Positions 58,521 to 64,000 of a stretch of DNA of 64,000 bases are shown here, one piece after another. Positions within the stretch are counted from its first letter, which is position 1; each line of letters begins with the position of its first letter. Location of the stretch: the NCBI GenBank assembly GCA_951406725.2, contig OX597841.1, positions 12,958,001 to 13,022,000 of the forward strand. Reading direction: 5' to 3'. The DNA is from Octopus vulgaris. Taxonomy: Eukaryota. A program made the translations under genes and the position numbers. Below the pieces are notes generated by a model that did no database searches, had not been told where the DNA came from, and saw only the letters and a list, made by a program, of their open reading frames with translations.

Positions 58521-58627
58521 ATTTCTTACTGACGAATCTAAGGGCCTATGGAAGATTGGCTTGATTTAATTTAATCAGGTTAGTTTACCATTAAACAGTA
58601 GATGAAACGGTGCATCGTATAAGAAAT
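58521..58627 (+). ncRNA. Type I hammerhead ribozyme, canonical core, extended stem II
   Basis: ATTTCTTA [CTGACGA] ATCTA-(58 nt including a hairpin)-TAGAT [GAAA] CGGTGCATCG [TA] TAAGAAAT; predicted cleavage after A58619 (GUA). Confidence 0.85.
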
Positions 58628-58853
58628 TACAGGGTAAACGTTTTTTTTAATTTTCTCCTGGTTTGCGGAATTAATGTTATTTTGCGGTTGAAGCTTTGGC
58701 TGTTATTTCTAGTGGGTGAATGGCCTATTATGGCCGTTCCTTGATTGTGATGTTGAACTTATAAATGGTCTATGACTATTTAATTTTTTCTCACTAGGCC
58801 GCTGGTGACAAAAAAATTCTAGAAAATTTTTTTGCCACCCTATATTGATTAAT

Positions 58854-58885
<32 letters not shown>

Positions 58886-58886
58886 C

Positions 58887-58940
<54 letters not shown>

Positions 58941-58966
58941 GTATATATACATATGTATATATATAC

Positions 58967-59004
<38 letters not shown>

Positions 59005-59214
59005 GTATAAATATATACAAATGGTGTTTTTTATGTGCCACCTGCACAGGAGCCAATCCATCGGTACTAGCAACGACCTCGGTCGAATGTTTTGTTCATG
59101 TGCCACCAGCACAAGTGCCAGTAAGGAGACGCTGGTAACGATCACGCTCGAATGGTGCCTTTTACGTGCCATATATATATATATATATAAATATATGCAT
59201 ATATCTATATATAT

Positions 59215-59503
59215 TACCATGATCACCGTGACCGACCAGGCTATCAGACGTTGCTACACATCGCTGATCACAATGCGCTTCGCATTGTGTTTTAGCCATC
59301 AAATGACGCCACCCCGCTGGCTAAGCGAGCAGGCCAACAGAAGAAAGAGAGAAAGTTGTGGCGAAAGAGTACAGCAGGGATCGCCACCACCCTCTGCCGG
59401 AGCCTCTGGGAGCTTTAGGTGTTTCCGCTCAATAAACACTCACAACGCCCGGTCTGGAAATCGAAACCGCGAGTCTGCTGCCCTAACCATTGGGCCATTG
59501 CGC
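59215..59503 (-). mobile_element. tRNA-derived SINE (family C head, alternative body)
   Basis: GGCGCAATGGCCCAATGGTTAGGGCAGC...GGTTTCGATTTCC. Confidence 0.8.
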
Positions 59504-59539
59504 CTCTCTCTCTCTCTACATATATATATATATATATAT

Positions 59540-59880
59540 ATAATTAATCAATATAGGGTGGCAAATAATTTTGTAGAATTTTTTTGTCACCAGCGGCCTA
59601 GTGGGAAAAAATTAAATAGTCATAGACCATTTATAAGTTCAACATCACAATCAAGGAACGGCCATAATAGGCCATTCACCCACTAGAAATAACAGCCAAA
59701 GCTTCAACCGCAAAATAACATTAATTCCGTAAACCAGGAGAAAATTAAAAAAAACATTTACCCTGTAATTTCTTATATGATGCACCGTTTCATCTACTGT
59801 TTAATGGTAAACTAACCTGATGAAATTAAATCAAGCCAATCTTCCATAGGCCCTTAGATTCGTCAGTAAGAAATAGCCAG
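59540..59880 (-). mobile_element. Third copy of the hammerhead element (ribozyme at 59768-59874)
   Basis: Reverse complement of 58515-58856; one G>A change at the base of stem III (CGGTGCATCA TA). Confidence 0.85.
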
Positions 59881-61009
59881 ATATATATATACTCGACTGA
59901 TATGCATTGTTCTATTGCAGAATATATGTATAAATGAATTGTTGAACTTATCTGAAATTCTCCTTGACATCTTTTTATAGCTTTGTGTCCCACGCCTTTA
60001 TCTGAGGCTTCTGACTACTGCCCATATCATAAACAAAGAAGCTTTTCTATATATATCTATATTATACACGCACACACATACTTTATTAAAAAGCAGCAGA
60101 AATATCACAAAAACTATTACTCAGAAATTCACGTTCCACTTCATTGAACAGCAACACGAATCTCTGAGTGACAGTTTTTGTTATATTTCTGCTGCATTTT
60201 AATAAAGTACATCACTCTACCGAGTACAATTTTTACACACCTTGTTTCATATTTATGTGCTTTACGCTAAGAGTACCATACGAGTGAAATCGTTGCCAGG
60301 GCAACAAGCGGGCCTCCGTGCCGGTAGCACATAAAAACACCATTCGAGCGTGATCGTCGCCTTACTAGTACTTACGCTAGTGCTACGTGAAAAATCATTC
60401 AAGCAAAGTCGTTGCCAGTGCTGCTGGACTGGCTCCTGTGCAGATGGCACATAAAAAGCACCATTTGAGTGTGGCCGTTGCCAGTACTGCCTGATTGGCC
60501 CTCGTGCTGGTGGCACATAAAAGCACCCACTACATCATCATTGTTCGACCGTGGTCGAGACTTTCATAGTCTTTTCAAATGGCTAATAATGTGTGCGCGC
60601 GCCACTACTACACACATTGGAAAGCATTGTACAACCAAGTACTAAAGAAGATCTTTCCTCCTCCATGAAACAAAGCTGTTCCCGCTGGACGTCAACCCAG
60701 TATTTCTAAGCTACGGACCCAGTGATTTATTGTAAGGTTATCTCCCTAGATAGATTGCCTTCACTACGGCTAAGGAGCCCTTTCTACCCCAAAGGCCTAC
60801 ATACCATGCACATGTGCATGTGTGTACACATACACACAAGGCTTCTTTCAGTTTCTGCCTACCAAATCCACTCATAAAGCTCTGATTGACCTGAGACTAT
60901 GGTATGGTATAAGACAACTTCCCAAGGTGCCATGCACTGAAAGGACTGGTTTCTATGTTTCTATGTTTATATTTTACTTTATGGAATATCCTGTTTTGTA
61001 AATTATATA

Positions 61010-62078
61010 TTGGGCCATCCCATAAATAATGCAGTTTTTTTCAATTGCATGAACTAAAACTCGGAGGGGGACAGGATAAACTACCTGCATCAACTTGCTA
61101 TAAAAGCAGATAGTAATTTTACTTTGTACTTATTCTTAGTGCAGTTCAATTTTAAGTTACTTTTTCAAAGCTATAACGAAAGTGACAAAGGAGCATATTT
61201 TGCTTTATGAGTTCAATAAAGGCAACATCGCAACGGAAAGTGCAAGGATTATTAATGTAGTATATGGAGATCGGACAATAAGCGTAAGCCAGTGTCAACG
61301 GCGGTTCCAGAAATTTCAAGCCGGAAACTACAGCCTGGAAGATGAGCCTCGTCCTGGAAGATCTGTAGAGCTTGGCAAGGACGTCCTGCAAACCCTGGTG
61401 GAACAAAGTCCCATCGTAACTGTTGAGGAACTAGCAGAGAAGCTTGGATTTGGTCATTCAACCATTCAGTGACACCTGTGTGCCATCGAAAAAGTTAGCA
61501 AATTGGGTCAGTGGGTTCGTTACAAACTTTCCGAGTCTAATCACACACAGAGAGTAAATGTGTGTTCTTTGCTGTCATGTCTCAGAAATGAGCCTTTTTT
61601 TGGAATGAATAGTAACTGGTGAAAAGAAATGGGTTCTCTATAAAAATGTGAAGCACTGAAGACAGTGGGTAGGGAAAGGAGAAACACCGGCACCTTAGAC
61701 TTTTGAAGGTTTTCTCTCACTTAAAGTGTTATCTGTTTGGTGGGATATGAAAGGTTCAGTTCACTTTCAACTTTTAAACCCAAACCAAATGATAACAAAG
61801 GAGATCTACTGCAAGCAGCTTGAGCGGCTTAAGTCTGTGCTAGAAGAAAAACAACCATTTTTGGGTAATGCTCAGCCACATACAGTGAGGATGACATTCC
61901 AAAGGCTGGAGCAGTTTGAATTTTGGAGGAGGGGCTTTGCTAGTCTACTAGATAGATGGAAAAGCATTATAGAAAATGAAGGAGAGTATATTTTAGATTA
62001 AAAAAGAAATTTCTTTATCTTAGTTTTGAAAGATTAGAGAAGCATAAAAAAACCCACATTATTTATGGGATGATCCAA
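61010..62078 (+). mobile_element. Mariner element with both TIRs, internally deleted pseudogene
   Basis: TA|TTGGGCCATCCCATAAATAATG ... CATTATTTATGGGATGATCCAA|TA; ILLYEFNKG..SLEDEPRPGR; IVTGEKKWVLY; LSVWWDMKG; DRWKSIIENEGEYILD. Confidence 0.93.
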
Positions 62079-62694
62079 TATATTAGCTTAACTGTGGCAT
62101 AAAAGATAATCCCAATTACTTTAATCCTTTCATATAAACCTAATGTCTTTGCTACACAGTCATGCCTATATCTTTCTTTGTTATATTATGTATGATAAAT
62201 GTCTTAAATAAAATATCAGATTAAATAATTTAAACTAAGTAAATAACTGGGGGTAACAAGTTGGCTGAAAATCTTGAATTAATTGCTTTTAATTATTTAG
62301 TTTTATCTGTCCTTGTTCTGAATTTAAATCTTGCCATGATCCATTTTTCGGTTCATTCTCCTGTAGTCAAGAAAAGAAGCACCAATTGATTTAGTTATCT
62401 ATATCTCTTTCCTATGAGCACCTAACATTTTGTTTAGTCTGAAGGTCACTGTGTCGTTAGGTTATTGGTATATAACATGACTAAATTTTATTTCATAATA
62501 AAAAGAAAGTGATCTAAAGTATATATGAAACTCCCCACCACTACAAAAAGGAAATTTAGAGATAATTTCATTTGTTAAATTAAGAAAATGTTTTTGTGTA
62601 ATTCAACCGAATACTTGTAATATTCAGTTTTGAGGTTGTTTGTTTTTTCTTTCTATTTGTAATATCTACTGTGTTTAACTAATTATATAATATA

Positions 62695-63043
62695 ATCGAA
62701 TTGAACCAGCCAGGATCCCTGGTCTAGTGGTACGTAAAAAGCACTATCCGACTCGTGGCCGATGCCAGCGCCGCCTCGACTGGTTTCCATGCCGGTGGCA
62801 CGTAAAATACACCAATCCGACCGTGGTCGTTGCCAGCCTCGCCTGGCACCTGTGCAGGTGGCACATAAAAAGCACCCACTTCACTCATGGAGTGGTTGGC
62901 GTTAGGAAGGGCATCCAGCTGTAGAAACACTGCCAGATAAGACTGGAGCCTGGTGCAGCCTTCTGGCTTCCCAGATCCCCGGTCGAACCGTCCAACCCAT
63001 GCCAGCATGGAGAACGGACGTTAAACGATGATGATGATGATGA
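62695..63043 (+). mobile_element. RTE 3' UTR copy
   Basis: Repeat units, conserved end, (GAT)n. Confidence 0.88.
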
Positions 63044-63069
63044 AATGGCGATATAATTATATTAGCAGT

Positions 63070-63312
63070 CATCATCATCATTTAACGTCCATTTTCCATG
63101 CTAGCATGGGTTGGACGGTTCGACCGGGGTCTGGTAAGCCATGGAGGCTGCACCAGGCTCCAATCTGATCTGGCAGTGTTTCTACAGCTGGATGCCCTTC
63201 CTAATGCCAACCACTCTGTGAGTGTAGTGGGTGCTTTTTACGTGCTACCGGCACAGGGGCCAGAGCAGGTTGGCAAACGGCCACGACTGGTTGGTGCTTT
63301 TACGTATCACCA
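63070..63312 (-). mobile_element. RTE 3' UTR copy, tail-to-tail with the previous one
   Basis: (CAT)n-TTAACGTCC... Confidence 0.88.
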
Positions 63313-63837
63313 TTAAATGAATTATAATCTCCATGAGATACGAAGTCGAAATGGCAGCAAAAGTATTTACTAGTATTTACTTTTATGTATTGCTGGCCGG
63401 GAAACGTGTCTCTGTTATCTCTGGCAGTAAAGGGTCCATCATTGATGGGATCAATATAAACAAGAGTGCATTTTACACCAAAAGCCAATATGTGAGTTTG
63501 GTATCTACCACAGTATAGTTTATTCTAACAGGACATCTACGTTTAAGTGGGGATAGATATTACTTCTTGATATTAATGCAGCTTCTGTCACTAATATATA
63601 TTACGAGCAAAAGGGCCCCCCCCCCCCCGTCCAATGGACAGTGCTGAGTTGTCAAACATTTAAACCAAATTTTCTCAAAACAACCTGTCCGACCGTCCCA
63701 TTTTGTGGCATTATTTCAAGCCAGCTGGCTTTTTTTGTACAAAGTGCAGGTGCATTTTTCTGGATAAATTACTTTACTCTGCAATGTATTGAGTACCTTA
63801 TTTACTGTGGTTAACCCCGACTCAACCCGGGACCTAC

Positions 63838-63904
<67 letters not shown>

Positions 63905-64000
63905 TGCATATGTGTGTAAAATATTTATCACTCTCTCTTTCCCTCTCATGATATCTCTACTTCACCTCCCCTTCCTTTCTACCCCCACCTCTTCCTTTTT

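Larger units (their letters stand above)
57968..58857. mobile_element. Hammerhead-bearing non-coding element: inverted arm (57968-58313) plus tandem 490-nt monomer; Penelope pseudo-LTR/retrozyme-like
   Basis: 57968-58313 is the reverse complement of 58405-58751; 58313-58366 repeats directly at 58803-58856; both ends abut (TA)n. Confidence 0.8.

Noticed and set aside
60082-60210. ~130-bp palindrome with a minus-strand CTGT-TCAATGA...GAAT-TTCTGAG-TA motif
   Set aside because: Probably another decayed foldback relic, but the core is too degenerate to call.
60715-60800. Possible HDV-like ribozyme in an RTE-like 5' region
   Set aside because: Could not assign P1/P2/P3/P1.1 pairings by eye.
63428-63491. 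Plus-strand exon-like segment (ctctggcag|...CAATAT|gtgagt; KGSIIDGININKSAFYTKSQY)
   Set aside because: Isolated, opposite to the host gene, with no partner exon or recognisable homology in the window.

Overview
Repeat-dominated eukaryotic DNA. The SINE/LINE/MITE families and (TA)n/(CATA)n load most resemble an Octopus (coleoid cephalopod) genome; this is an inference. Positions 1-8020 and 11317-21589 are a G-free CATA/CATT/CACA satellite, so the 891-, 3364- and 3521-aa ORFs are artefacts. Block 8021-11216 is repeated at 21590-24359 across a 100-N gap, probably as an uncollapsed haplotype; the copies differ by a Helitron insertion. A minus-strand host gene contributes small spliced exons (37685-37565, 36226-36117, probable terminal 24757-24572) whose peptide resembles the WDR49/CFAP337 C-terminus. 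The rest is decayed mariner, hAT, Helitron/Helentron, RTE, CR1-like, R4/Dong and Penelope (GIY-YIG) fragments and tRNA-derived SINEs. The most interesting signal is a set of type I hammerhead ribozyme motifs in unrelated, (TA)n-embedded, often palindromic non-coding elements. These include an intact canonical core with an unusually long stem II inside a 490-nt monomer present in three copies and both orientations (57968-59880), compensatory G3-C8 and U3-A8 core variants, and decayed copies. They are consistent with a diverse Penelope pseudo-LTR/retrozyme system. None of this has been tested computationally or experimentally.
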